Shown here in pieces: positions 43,629 to 56,538 of a DNA stretch of 64,000 nucleotides (its first letter is position 1; every line of letters begins with the position of its first letter). This DNA comes from Eledone cirrhosa. Lineage: Eukaryota. The notes under the pieces were generated by a model. It searched no databases. It worked only from the letters and a program-made list of their open reading frames with translations, and was not told the DNA's origin. The stretch spans positions 24,614,001 to 24,678,000 of the forward strand of contig OZ024752.1 of NCBI GenBank assembly GCA_964016885.1. Reading direction: 5' to 3'. The translations under genes were made by a program, and so were the position numbers.

Positions 43629-46600
43629 CTTTGACTTTGAATAACTTTGAAATGTTTTGGCCAGTATTGGCCCAGGCCATGTCTAACTTAATAGCACCAC
43701 CTGGCGAAGTCTTTCAATTCAGGATTTGGGCACCATGGCCCATTCGAGAAGAGAATTACTGTTTGCGGAGACATATCCGGGTGTGGGTGGTTTGTCCGGG
43801 ATTACTTGGAGGAATTTGTCCAAAGACTTCTTGAATTTTGTGTGGTCAGTTTCTGTTTTGACGTGTCCTGGTGTGATGTTGAAGAGAGCAGGGCCGATTG
43901 AGGTGAAATAATTGTGCCGTATTGTTGTTATGAGTTGCGATTTAGATTTTTGAATGGGACGGATAGCACGGGGCCCAAGCCTTGGGTGTATCTTGAAGGC
44001 GATGCCAACATCATTTGGGCAGTGATGATGGAACATTTTCCACATCATGCAGATAATATAACGCTCACGGCGACGTTGGAGTGAGTAAAGTTTCAGGTTT
44101 TCCAATCGACCCCAGTAGTCAAGGTCTGACATGCCATCTATCTTTTTCGTGATTGCCCTTTGAGGAGCTTCAAGTTTCATGATACTTTGTTTCGTGTGGG
44201 GAGACCACAGTGGACAACAGTATTCAAGGTGTGGTCGGGCAAAAGTAGAGAAGAGAAGGATAATGGTGCGGGAATCTCTCGACTGGAAGGTTCTGAGGAT
44301 CCAGGAACACATTCTGCGGGCCATGTCAACTTTGCTGCTTATATGCGTGGTCCAGCTTATGTTGCTGTCCACGGTTACTCCCAAGTCTCTGATGTTGTTA
44401 GATGCCACGAGAGTTTCCCCGGAGGGAAGGGAGTACGGGAGTTTCAGAGCATCCTCTTTTCCAAAGTGGATCAGTTCGAATTTGTCTTCGTTCAGTAACA
44501 TGTTGTTCTTTTCCGCCCATTGGGTAACAGCCAGTAGGTCTGACTGAAGGCTTATCCGGTCATCCACGCCATTGATGACCTTTTGGAGCTTGGAATCATC
44601 AGCGAAAATTTTAATGTTGCTGTGTTTGATGATGTCAGTGATGTCATTAATATAGATGATGAAGAGAAGTGGGCCCAACACAGTGCCTTGTGGGACCCCA
44701 CTACTGACTTTGGCTGGACTGGATTTGACTCCCTCAACTACAATATGTTGGGTTCTGTTTGACAGGAAGCTCTTGATCCACTGCAGCAGCTTTCCAGTGA
44801 CACCAATATTGGACAGCTTTCTCAGTAGAATGTTATGATCAACCCTGTCAAAGGCCTTGCTGAAATCAAGGTAGATAACATCAGTGTTGGAACCCTCTCC
44901 CAAGGCTCTCAAAATGTCATCAAAGTGATGCAGTAGCTGCGTCAGGCAATCCCTTCCATTACGGAATCCATGCTGGTTGGAGTTCAGCATATTGTTACTC
45001 TCAAGGAAGTGGGTCATTCGCGATCTCACCACTCTCTCAAATACCTTAATGATATGAGAGGTGAGTGAGATTGGACGGTAATTCACGGCAAGTGATTTGT
45101 TTCCCTTTTTGAAAACTGGGACAACAGGCTGGGATAGAAGGTTTTCTGGCACATATCCAGCATCCAGTGAGTTCCGCCACAGATTGGCAAGAGGAGATGC
45201 AAGTTGGTGTTGACACGCCTTCAAGACACAAGCAGGGAACCTATCGGGACCTACTGCTGAATTATGCTTGATTTCCTTTATTGCCGCCAAGACATTAGGG
45301 GCGCCAAACGTTATGTCCGATAAGGTGTAATGGGGAGTAACATCGCCGATACAGCCCAGATCGGCCATATCAGGATTGCTGAAAACAGAGCAGTATTGTT
45401 TCTGCAGTATCTCACCCATGGTTTTAGCATTGTCTTGAAGAGTGCCATTTTCATCAATTAGAGGGCCAACAGTAGAGCCAGTGATTTTGTGTTTTTTTTG
45501 CAAATGAAAAGAACACTTTGGGATTGAGTTTGATCTTCTCAATGGCCCAGGCCTCCTCAGCTCTTCTCTGATTGTTGATGAGGGACATTATGTTGTTTTG
45601 GAGGTTATGTTTTTTAATCTCTAGTGATGAAATGGCAGTTAAGTTGATGTGTTGCTGCTGACAGTATTTCAGCTTGTTGATTTTTTGTTCGTTCTCTTAA
45701 TTTTTCTGATGAGCGTTTTTCTATTTCTAGGGATTCTGCTCTTAGATTTGTTTATAGTTCTTAATGGGGTGTGTTTAGCACATATGTTTGTAACAGTGTC
45801 CACAAATGTCTGCCAGGACTTTTTGATGTTAGTGGGTGTATGAGTGTGCGTGAAGGACCAGTCGACATGTGCAAGATCATGACTGATCGCTTCCCAGTTT
45901 GCATTGTGGAAATCCATAGCGTCAAACGGATGGACAGGAGAGATGACATTGGGTTTGTATATTGGACGGTGGAATCTCAGATCACAGAGAACCATGTCAT
46001 GATCAGAGAGTAGAGTTTTCTCCACTGCAATATTGTGGATATTGTCAGTGTGATTGCTGAAAATTAAGTCTAGGACGTTTTTGTGGCACCTCGTTGGTTC
46101 GAGCACCAGTTGGGATAGGAAGAAATCATCCATGAAGTCAAGAAGCGATTCCACAGCTTCCCTGTCAGAGGTTGAGGCAGAAGAACCTGGTGGCAGGCTG
46201 TTTGTGGACCAGTCAACTCCGGGGAGGTTGAAGTCCCCCATCATTAAGATGTTGTCAGGGTGACACTCTTGGAAGAAACACTTTATGCTGTTGAGGCATT
46301 CCTTGAAGCATGGTACAGGCGTTTGGGGTGGCCTATAGAGCCCAACTACTAATAGGTTGTTGGTTTGACTGAATACAGTGACTGCCTCACAGTATCCATT
46401 AGTGAATATGTTCATAGCCTCTGTTGAGAAAGAATTATGGACATAAATGGCAGTTCCGCCCTTTCTTCTACCAGCGCTATCAGCACGGATGGCTTTGAAA
46501 TTTTTCACTTTCACCTCGGCTTCCAAGTGGAGGTTACTGAGATGGGTTTCAGTGAGGACGAAGAAAGGGATGTGGTTTGGATGGACATCAATCCAGTCCT

Positions 46601-46856
46601 CCAGGAATTTGATCTTCCATTTTTGAGTATTGGTGGAAGGGCTGATGCCTTGGGCGTTAAGCAAAAATGTAGAGGCGAGAGTGGATGGTTTTAATTGTTT
46701 TGGTGTGTTGTTAATTTGTTTGTTTGTTAATGGCAGCAATGGGAGTTTGTGCAGTGGGGTGATAGTGGAGGGTGGTGCTGGGTGATAGCTCGAATGTTTT
46801 TTTCCAGTACTTTTGCCAGATCATTATGGCTAAAAAAGAGGAAGAAGTTTCCTGTT
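43626..46856 (-). mobile_element. CR1-group LINE, near-complete APE-RT region (ORFs 45669-46739 and 43719-45542, frameshifts between)
   Basis: LLNAQG, LTETHL, YRPP, GDFNLP, SDH. RT is near-identical to 23340-24899, with the same tail. Confidence 0.94.
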
Positions 46857-46880
46857 ATGTTTATATATATATATATATAT

Positions 46881-46917
<37 letters not shown>

Positions 46918-46942
46918 TATATATATATATATATATGTTTAT

Positions 46943-46974
<32 letters not shown>

Positions 46975-47008
46975 GTTTATATATATATATAAATATATAT
47001 ATATATAT

Positions 47009-47089
<81 letters not shown>

Positions 47090-47190
47090 TATATATATAT
47101 ATGTTTATATATATATATATATATATATGCTTATATATATATATATATATATGTTAATATATATATATATATATGTTTATATATATATAT

Positions 47191-47258
<68 letters not shown>

Positions 47259-47264
47259 TTATAT

Positions 47265-47308
<44 letters not shown>

Positions 47309-47309
47309 T

Positions 47310-47484
<175 letters not shown>

Positions 47485-47529
47485 TGTTCATATATATATA
47501 TATGTTTGTTTATATATATATATATGTTT

Positions 47530-47566
<37 letters not shown>

Positions 47567-47585
47567 TGTTTATATATATATATAT

Positions 47586-47633
<48 letters not shown>

Positions 47634-47765
47634 GTGAGGTTTTTTTTACAAAATGAAAAATAACCGAGGTGTCCTACACGAGTTGAAGTATAAAGAAAAA
47701 GGGATGAAATCGAAAATGCAACTGAAGTCTTATTTTTTTTTTTAAATATATATATTTATTTGGTT

Positions 47766-47803
47766 CCTTTACCGGTTTCGCAGTTCTTCTGCTTTTCAAA
47801 AGG
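47766..47803 (-). ncRNA. Variant hammerhead (core UUGAAAA)
   Basis: CCTT-TTGAAAA-GCAG-aagaa-CTGC-GAAAC-CG-GTA|AAGG. Confidence 0.7.
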
Positions 47804-48304
47804 TGAGTTGAGATGGAGGGTCTGTGGTTTTTCTCACATCTGGTTGGTCTCTAAATGTTAATTGTTTTATATGGAAAAAGTGGCTCGAAAACCAGGTTTT
47901 TCGAGAAGTAATTTGATTGGTTTGTCAATAATTTCGCGCCAGTTCGGGTTACAATAGTTCTTCAAATAAGAGAGGGGGGGTTGTCACAGGTTGTTTTTTC
48001 ATATATGAGTGTTTGAATTTCTTTTTACTTGAAAAAATGAGGCTCACGAAGGCTTTTTTTTTGGTTGGTTATAAATGAAATTTGGCTGTCACGTGAAAAA
48101 GTTTTCATTACATTTTTGCGCCCTTATTTGGAAAACTATTCTGTAGTCTTTATAGTGAATGTTATGACAATGGAGAGATAGTGGTCAAGGGAAAAGGGAT
48201 TGGGAGAAATGTTCTGGTTCAGTGAATATGGCCAGCTGTCAGAGTTCAGGTGTCAGAGTTCAGATTTTCTATTGAGACTGAAGATATGTGTTTATTTGTG
48301 TGCT

Positions 48305-48339
<35 letters not shown>

Positions 48340-48827
48340 ATGTGTGTATTGGAAGATGATTCTATTAGTAGAGATGGGGGTGGGAGTTGTGTGTGTGTGT
48401 ATATGGGTGTTATGTGTGTGTGTGCGAGTATGTTAGATAGAGAGAATATATATTTTGTGTGTGTGTACATATATATGTGTGTAGGAAAGTGGTTCTATTA
48501 GTAGAAATGGGGAGGGTGTTGTAGGTGTGGGGGTTGTTATGTGTGTGTATGGGTGTTATGTGTGTGGGAGTATGGTTAGCATGTTAAGATGAAGAGAATA
48601 TATATATATATATATTGTGTGTGTGTGTATGTGTGTGTGTAGGAAAATGATTCCTTTAGTAGGAATATTTTTGAATGAACATATTTTCCTGACTTTTTCG
48701 TGTTTGCTGTTGTATTGCCAGTGCAAACGTATGTTTAAGGTTTATTTAGTTCGGGTTTTTATTTTCTAAAGTAGAAGGTGTTATGTGTGTGTGTGTATGT
48801 CATATTGTGGTGTTGACATAATGTATA

Positions 48828-51051
48828 TTAAACCTTATTTAATGTTGGTCTATATTTTTGAATAAACATATTTTCCTTATTTATTCGCATTTGTTCTGTT
48901 GTATTGTTAGCGCAAAGGTAAAATGGGAAGACTTGGAATTTGGGTGTCTTATTACTTGCGCAAATGTCTAGATGTGCACTTAATGGTATCTGTCTCGTGG
49001 TTGGATCTCGTAATTGTTGGCGATGAACTGTCATTCTGTTTCTGAGTGTGAGTTTAGTTTGTCCTATATAATCTTCATTGCATCCTTTACATTTAATGGC
49101 ATAAATTAGATTTTTTGATGAGCAAGTGAAGTGATTTTTTACAGTAAAATTTTGTCCTGATTTAAATGTATACGTGTTGCCTTCAATGAGGTGAGTGCAG
49201 GTTCCACAATTAGAGCGACCACATTTTTTGATACTTGGTTGTGGGTTTGTGGTAGGTAATTTGGCATTGGTGAGTAATGTTTTCAGTGATTTTGGTTGTC
49301 TTTTGCTTTTGATTATTTTGTGTTTCAAGGGCTTTTTTCATTCTTGGGTTTTGTTTTAGTAGTGGGATGTTATTGTGAATAGTGTTGTAAGCTTCCGCAT
49401 TTCTTGGGTTGTGTGTTGAGATATATGATAGAATATTGGACGTACCTTGAATTTGTTTCTGTTTCCGTAATTCATCAATGCCTATTGCTTTAGCCCTTTC
49501 TATTCCATTATTTATTAGTAATAGTGGGTACTCTCTCTCAAGTAGAATTTCCTTTAATTCTTGAAGTCTTTTATTTCGCGTTTCATAATTGGAGACAATC
49601 GTGCAAATTCTTCTTGCTAGGTTAAAAGGAATGTTCGTCTTCGTGTGCTTTGGATGGTTGGAGGTGAATAGCAGATATTGTTTGGAATCTGTTGGTTTGT
49701 AGTGTATGTCAGTTTCGATATTTGTGTCTTTTTTTGTGATTAAGATGTCCAGAAATGGGAGTTGATCTTGGCTGTATTCCATTGTGAATTGGATGTGGTT
49801 ATTGATGCCGTTTATTAAGTTTTTGAAATCCTTCAGTTGGTCGAGTGTGTGGGACCAAAGAATGAGGCAATCATCCAAGTAGCGTTTCCAATTCTCTGAT
49901 AAATATTTGTGGAAGTTCAATCCGTATTTTGATTTGGACTGTTCATATATCTGGACTTCTAAGTATGCCATGACTAAGTTGGCATAAGTTGGAGCGGCTT
50001 TTGTGCCCATCGCAGTCCCCGATATTTGCTTGTAAGTATTGCCATCGAAATCAAAAAAGTTGTTCTGTAGGATGAATTTTAATCCCTCGGTGATGAAGCT
50101 TTTTTCTATTCTGTCAGGTATCTCATTGGGATATTTCTCTAGCCAGAATCCTATTGCTTCTAGTCCGTATTGGTGTGGGATCGTTGTGTAGAGATTCACT
50201 ACATCGAAAGACACAATAATAGTGTCGTTGTTGACATGTTTGGGGAGGTGGTTTAAGAGGTCCAGATCGTCTCTTACAAGGCTTGGTATGTGTTTCAGTA
50301 TTGGTTTCAGTAGTATGTCTATAAAGTTGCTCAATCTGTGTGTTTCACATTGTGGGCCCGCTACAATTGGTCTTAATTTAAGGTCTGTGGGGTATTGTGT
50401 GTTCACGCAGGCTGAGGTGGATTGTTTACAGGCATCGTTGATTATTTTACATTTGTGGATCTTCGGAAGTCCGTAAAGGTTGCTGGTTTTGTATTCAAAA
50501 TTTGTTAAATAATCGCGTTCCTTTTTAGTTAGGTCTTCCTGGTATCGATAAATCAGTGTGTTTAATTTGGTCATTATTTTTGATTGCTGGTAGTTTTTTA
50601 CTCTTTCATAGTAATTAGCATTTTGTAAGAGAGAGAACATAGAATTTTTATATTTTTCAGCCTCCATAATGACAACAGTACTTCCCTTGTCCGCTTCCTT
50701 AATTACAATGTCCGGATTGTTTTTTAGTTCATGGATAATCTCCCATTCCCTTCGACTTGTGTTGGGTTTGGGTTTAGGTTGCGGTAGTTCATGGTATGGG
50801 AAGGTAGCTATGTGGTCACAAAATTTGTCCAGAACTCTGTTTCTACCTTTTGTTGGGTTGTAGCTGCTTTTATTCCGTACAATTGATTCGTCGTTATTCT
50901 CCTTGTCAAAGAATTCCTCTGTGAGACGTAATTTTCTACAGAAGTGTGAGATATCGTCATTTATCTCGTTGGGGTTAGGATATTGTGGTGTTGGTGTGAA
51001 TTTCAGACCTTTGGAGAGAATTTTTACTTGTTGGGCTGAGAGGTTTGTATT
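48828..51051 (-). pseudogene. Neptune PLE RT + Cys linker + GIY-YIG; one frameshift at ~49330
   Basis: LSKGLKFTPTP, IKEADKG, YGLPKIHK, FDVVNLYT, GTAMG, RYLDD, FLD; CGRSNCGTC, LIYAIKC..C...YIGQT. Confidence 0.92.
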
Positions 51052-51083
51052 GAGAAAAACCACAGACCCTCCATCTCAACTCA

Positions 51084-51121
51084 CCTTTTGAAAAGCAGAA
51101 GAACTGCGAAACCGGTAAAGG
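51084..51121 (+). ncRNA. Variant hammerhead (core UUGAAAA), inverted pLTR copy
   Basis: Same sequence as 47766-47803, on the opposite strand. Confidence 0.7.
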
Positions 51122-51190
51122 AACCAAATAAATATATATATTTTTAAAAAAAATAAGACTTCAGTTGCATTTTCGATTTCATCCCTTTTT

Positions 51191-51266
<76 letters not shown>

Positions 51267-51291
51267 TTATATATATATATCTGAAATATAT

Positions 51292-51507
51292 ATATCTATC
51301 TATCTAAGGCGGGTAAAATTCCCGAGATCCATGGACGAGTTCTCTCCAGCGGTCTCTGTCTCTCATTATCGCTGCCATGTCCTGCATCTCCAACAGACCA
51401 GTGTCTGTCCTTAGGGCATCAACATACGTTAACCTTGGTCCTCCTCTTCTAGTGTGTCCATGTAGGGGCTCCCAAACGAGCACTGAGTGCAATGTCAACT
51501 CTGGATA
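51292..51507 (-). mobile_element. 3' fragment of an RTE-like LINE with (TAGA)n tail
   Basis: [24 protein letters not shown]...MRDRDRWR C-terminus. Confidence 0.75.
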
Positions 51508-51509
51508 TA

Positions 51510-51600
<91 letters not shown>

Positions 51601-51801
51601 CAGATATATATATATAAACATATATATATATATATATATGGAGGAGGTTACAGTTCTCTTGAAGCATTGTGTAATGAGGTATAAACGTTTGAATATGTGT
51701 AATAAGGCCAAAACAATGCAGTTCTGGACATAGAAAAAAGGAATGCAATAGTGAAAGATATTGATGAGAATTCGTCTTTCACCTTGAATTTATTTAAATG
51801 T

Positions 51802-51836
51802 CCTTAATTTTCGAGATAATATCTCTTCTTCGGAGG
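51802..51836 (-). ncRNA. Degenerate/variant minimal hammerhead-like motif (core CCGAAGA); mirror copy at 54398-54432 (+)
   Basis: CCT-CCGAAGA-A-GAGAT-att-ATCTC-GAAA-AT-TA|AGG, at the position expected in a PLE 3' end. Confidence 0.45.
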
Positions 51837-52238
51837 GAAGTAAAGGTCTCAAACCAGCGTCTTTAAATCTCTAGCCAAGCCATGCCGTCCGGAAATAGTA
51901 TAGAGTATCTGTTCTAACTCTAATATCAAAGAATTAAAATTAGGTGGATAAAGAGTAGTCTCCCTTTAAGAGGGGTTTGTTTAGGGTTTTTTTTTGTTTT
52001 TTTTTTATATACGTGCCTGTATATGTGTGTGGGAGAATGCATGAAGGTGTAGGTATGGGGGTGTGTGTGTGTGAGTGTGGAAAGATAGGTCTAATCGTAA
52101 AAGTGGGGGGGTAGGTGTTATCTGGTGTTAGAACTGGTTTTGTGTGTGTATGTGTGAGAGAGAATAAGTGGAGGTGTAAGCGTGTGTGTGTGCGCGTGCG
52201 TGTGTGTGGGGTGTGTAAAAATGGGGCTAGAGGCCCTA

Positions 52239-53207
52239 TCAGGTTATAAATTGGGTGTTGAGCTCTAGTCTATTATTGATTGGTGGATGTGTTCTATCTA
52301 TAATAAGTACTTCCTTAATTCTAAGATTGCCGAGGTTTCTTTCCTTAGTTTCTATCCTAACTGTTATGTTTTTATCGGTGTTTTTGCATTTAACTAGGTG
52401 TTTCTTAAATGAGGAAGCGTTAGTATTGAGGTGTTCTTTTATTCTTATGTGGAGTGGTCTGGTGGTGCTACCTACGTAGAAGTTGTTGCATTTGTCACAC
52501 TCTAGTCTGTATGCTACGTAAGCCTGGTGGCATAGGTCTGTGTCGTTGATGGGGCAGTTGGCTAGTCTGCAGCAGTTGTCATGTCTGGTGGAATGTCTCT
52601 TGGCCAGCCGTCCGCGCAGAGAAGGACCCGAGTGGGCCAGTTGGATATCCAGTCCCTCTCGTCTGATGGCTCTGCGGATGGCTGTTGTTGTTTCTTCACT
52701 GAAGTGTGGGAGCTTCAGGAAGCAAGTGTTAGTGCCTCGGGTGTGGTGTCCTCTGTTCTTTCTGGCACGGTTTGTGGTGGATGTCGTGTATCCGTTCAGT
52801 TTGAGTACTTCCAGGAAATGTGTGGTGTGTGTGTCTCGGTCTCTGGCGTCGGTGCATTTGTTCTTGATACGTGCCAGTTCGTTCTTTATGTATCCGAACT
52901 TGGCACCGAGTGGGAGGGCCGATCTGAAATGTACGAACAGGTCCCTGCTGGCGGATTTTTTATAGAAGCAGGTGTGGATGTTGCCTTCCTCTGTTACCCG
53001 GAGTTGGAAGTCCACTAGGGATAGGGATCCGCGGTCATCGGGGTGTTCCATGCTGAACTTTATACTGGCGTCCATGCTGGAGAATGTTGTGTATATTTTC
53101 TCTGCCTCCTCACGGGATGATGTAAGGATGAGTATGTCATCTACATATCGGGTGAAGAAGGCATGGGAATGGCAGGTGTTGAGGGCTCGGCATTCTAGCT
53201 GGTTCAC
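52239..53207 (-). CDS. PLE partial RT (RYVDD) + thumb + GIY-YIG with CCHH
   Basis: FFTRYVDDIL; VAYRLECDKC...YVGSTTRPLHIRIKEH...SFKKH. Confidence 0.87.
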   Translation of the reverse strand: MNQLECRALNTCHSHAFFTRYVDDILILTSSREEAEKIYTTFSSMDASIKFSMEHPDDRGSLSLVDFQLRVTEEGNIHTCFYKKSASRDLFVHFRSALPLGAKFGYIKNELARIKNKCTDARDRDTHTTHFLEVLKLNGYTTSTTNRARKNRGHHTRGTNTCFLKLPHFSEETTTAIRRAIRREGLDIQLAHSGPSLRGRLAKRHSTRHDNCCRLANCPINDTDLCHQAYVAYRLECDKCNNFYVGSTTRPLHIRIKEHLNTNASSFKKHLVKCKNTDKNITVRIETKERNLGNLRIKEVLIIDRTHPPINNRLELNTQFIT

Positions 53208-53281
53208 TGGACTTCCAACTCAGAATAACAGAGGAAGGCAACATCCACACCTGCTTCTATAAAAAATCCGCCAGCAGGAAC

Positions 53282-53983
53282 TTGTTCGTACATTTCAGAT
53301 CGGCCCTCCCACTCGGTGCCAAGTTCGGATACATAAAGAACGAACTGGCACGTATCAAGAACAAATGCACCGACGCCAGAGACCGTGACACACACACCAC
53401 ACATTTCCTGGAAGTACTCAAACTGAACGGATACACGACATCCACCACAAACCGTGCCAGAAAGAACAGAGGACACCACACCCGAGGCACTAACACTTGC
53501 TTCCTGAAGCTCCCACACTTCAGTGAAGAAACAACAACAGCCATCCGCAGAGCCATCAGACGAGAGGGACTGGATATCCAACTGGCCCACTCGGGTCCTT
53601 CTCTGCGCGGACGGCTGGCCAAGAGACACTCCACCAGACATGACAACTGCTGCAGACTAGCCAACTGCCCCATCAACGACACAGACCTATGCCACCAGGC
53701 TTACGTAGCATACAGACTAGAGTGTGACAAATGCAACAACTTCTACGTAGGTAGCACCACCAGACCACTCCACATAAGAATAAAAGAACACCTCAATACT
53801 AACGCTTCCTCATTTAAGAAACACCTAGTTAAATGCAAAAACACCGATAAAAACATAACAGTTAGGATAGAAACTAAGGAAAGAAACCTCGGCAATCTTA
53901 GAATTAAGGAAGCACTTATTATAGATAGAACACATCCACCAATCAATAATAGACTAGAGCTCAACACCCAATTTATAACCTGA
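53282..53983 (+). CDS. PLE thumb + GIY-YIG (inverted arm)
   Basis: Near-identical to the C-terminal part of 52239-53207. Confidence 0.85.
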   Translation: MFVHFRSALPLGAKFGYIKNELARIKNKCTDARDRDTHTTHFLEVLKLNGYTTSTTNRARKNRGHHTRGTNTCFLKLPHFSEETTTAIRRAIRREGLDIQLAHSGPSLRGRLAKRHSTRHDNCCRLANCPINDTDLCHQAYVAYRLECDKCNNFYVGSTTRPLHIRIKEHLNTNASSFKKHLVKCKNTDKNITVRIETKERNLGNLRIKEALIIDRTHPPINNRLELNTQFIT

Positions 53984-54546
53984 TAGGGCCTCTAGCCCCA
54001 TTTTTACACACCCCACACACACGCACGCGCACACACACACGCTTACACCTCCACTTATTCTCTCTCACTCATACACACACAAAACCAGTTCTAACACCAG
54101 ATAACACCTACCCCCCCCCCCCCCCACTTTTACGATTAGACCTATCTTTCCACACTCACACACACACACCCACATACCTACACCTTCATGCATTCTCCCA
54201 CACACATATACAGGCACGTATATAAAATTTAAAAAAAAAAAAAAAAACCCTAAACAAACCCCTCTTAAAGGGAGACTACTCTTTATCCACCTAATTTTAA
54301 TTCTTTGATATTAGAGTTAGAACAGATACTCTATACTATTTCCGGTCGGCATGGCTTGGCTAGAGATTTAAAGACGCTGGTTTGAGACCTTTACTTCCCT
54401 CCGAAGAAGAGATATTATCTCGAAAATTAAGGACATTTAAATAAATCCAAGGTGAAAGACGAATTCTCATCAATATCTTTCACTATTGCATTCCTTTTTC
54501 TATGTCCAGAACTGCATTGTTTTGGACTTATTACACATATTCAAAC

Positions 54547-54578
<32 letters not shown>

Positions 54579-54581
<3 letters not shown>

Positions 54582-54710
54582 GGAAAAGTTTGAACAGGGA
54601 CAAAACAGAGAGGCAGTACAACGAATGTTTATTAATTTCACGCTCTGGAGAGTGGGGTGTTGGTGGGGGACGACGTTTCGGGCATAAGCCCTTCCTCAGG
54701 TGAGAAGTGT
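54579..54710 (-). mobile_element. ~130-bp PLE 3'-end fragment with minimal HHR (54670-54701)
   Basis: AC-CTGAGGA-A-GGGC-ttat-GCCC-GAAAC-GTC|GT followed by AATAAA. TA flanks. Confidence 0.7.
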
Positions 54711-54720
54711 ATATATATAT

Positions 54721-54755
<35 letters not shown>

Positions 54756-54791
54756 TATATATATATATCTGATATATATATATATATCTGA

Positions 54792-54887
<96 letters not shown>

Positions 54888-54907
54888 TATATATATATAT
54901 ATCTTAT

Positions 54908-55639
54908 ATATTTATTAAAATAACAGATTAAAGTTTAAGCAAAGAATCGCTGCTTTCACCCTTAACGGGATCTTCTGAAACTAACAAAGTCAATCTGTAA
55001 ACGCAGAACTGGATATTTCAAAAAACGTTGCAACCGGAGGAAGACAGGAAGACGATACTTTGGTTCGTAGAAACGTTCGCTGGCAAAGAACGGGAAAAAA
55101 CGAATAATACGTCATTAATAGGAGCGGTGAAAAACAATTACGCGCAAAGACAGAACCACGTTTATGGTATAAAAGAGGTCGTAGACTAATGTTCTCTTAG
55201 GTGCTGCATAGAGACGTTCTCTAGCAATGAACGAAAAAACGAAGATAATAAGTCATATGTGGAGCGTGGAGAACAATAGCACGCAAAGACAAAACCACGT
55301 AAATGGTATAGCAGAAGTTGTAGACTAAAATTCTAACTAGGAGACCAAATGAATCTCCGCTACAGGGTTAAGAACAAAGTAAATAAATACAATACAGAAG
55401 TAATAGAAACAAATAAATACATACACGCAAACAGATACGTACATACACAAGCATACGCAAAACCTTACCATAGGTATACAAAACCACACACATATAAATA
55501 TGTGTGTGTGTGTATGCTTGTGTACAAATAAATAAATAATTATATAAACGTATATAAGTAAATAAATACGTATATAACAAGCGCACACACATACCAACAA
55601 ATAAATACACGAATGTTCGGAGACGTAAGTCAACACACA

Positions 55640-55640
<1 letters not shown>
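54908..55640 (-). mobile_element. Unclassified element end (probable PLE 3' region) with ~135-bp internal repeat
   Basis: Terminus shared with 37999-38056. Imperfect repeat at ~55072-55195 / ~55212-55335, then a CA-rich tract. Confidence 0.45.
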
Positions 55641-56452
<812 letters not shown>

Positions 56453-56538
56453 CTCATATATAAACAAGCAGAAATATACACACATTAATGTATATATATA
56501 TATATATATGTGTGTGTGTATAAAATTATATACGTATG

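Larger units (their letters stand above)
47627..51196 (-). mobile_element. Neptune-type PLE with inverted pseudo-LTR (47690-47836 vs 51051-51196)
   Basis: RT and GIY-YIG ORFs, ~146-bp terminal inverted repeat, TA flanks. Confidence 0.92.
51640..54552. mobile_element. Palindromic PLE insertion: two 5'-truncated copies back to back (minus 51640-53206, plus ~53205-54552)
   Basis: ORFs 52239-53207(-) and 53282-53983(+) encode nearly the same protein. Arms are ~1.34 kb with ~195 bp unpaired between them. Confidence 0.93.

Noticed and set aside
54945-54995. HHR-like CAGAAGA-TCCC-gttaa-GGGT-GAAA on the minus strand
   Set aside because: The core is altered and there is no convincing NUH site or stem I; at best a dead remnant, so not counted.
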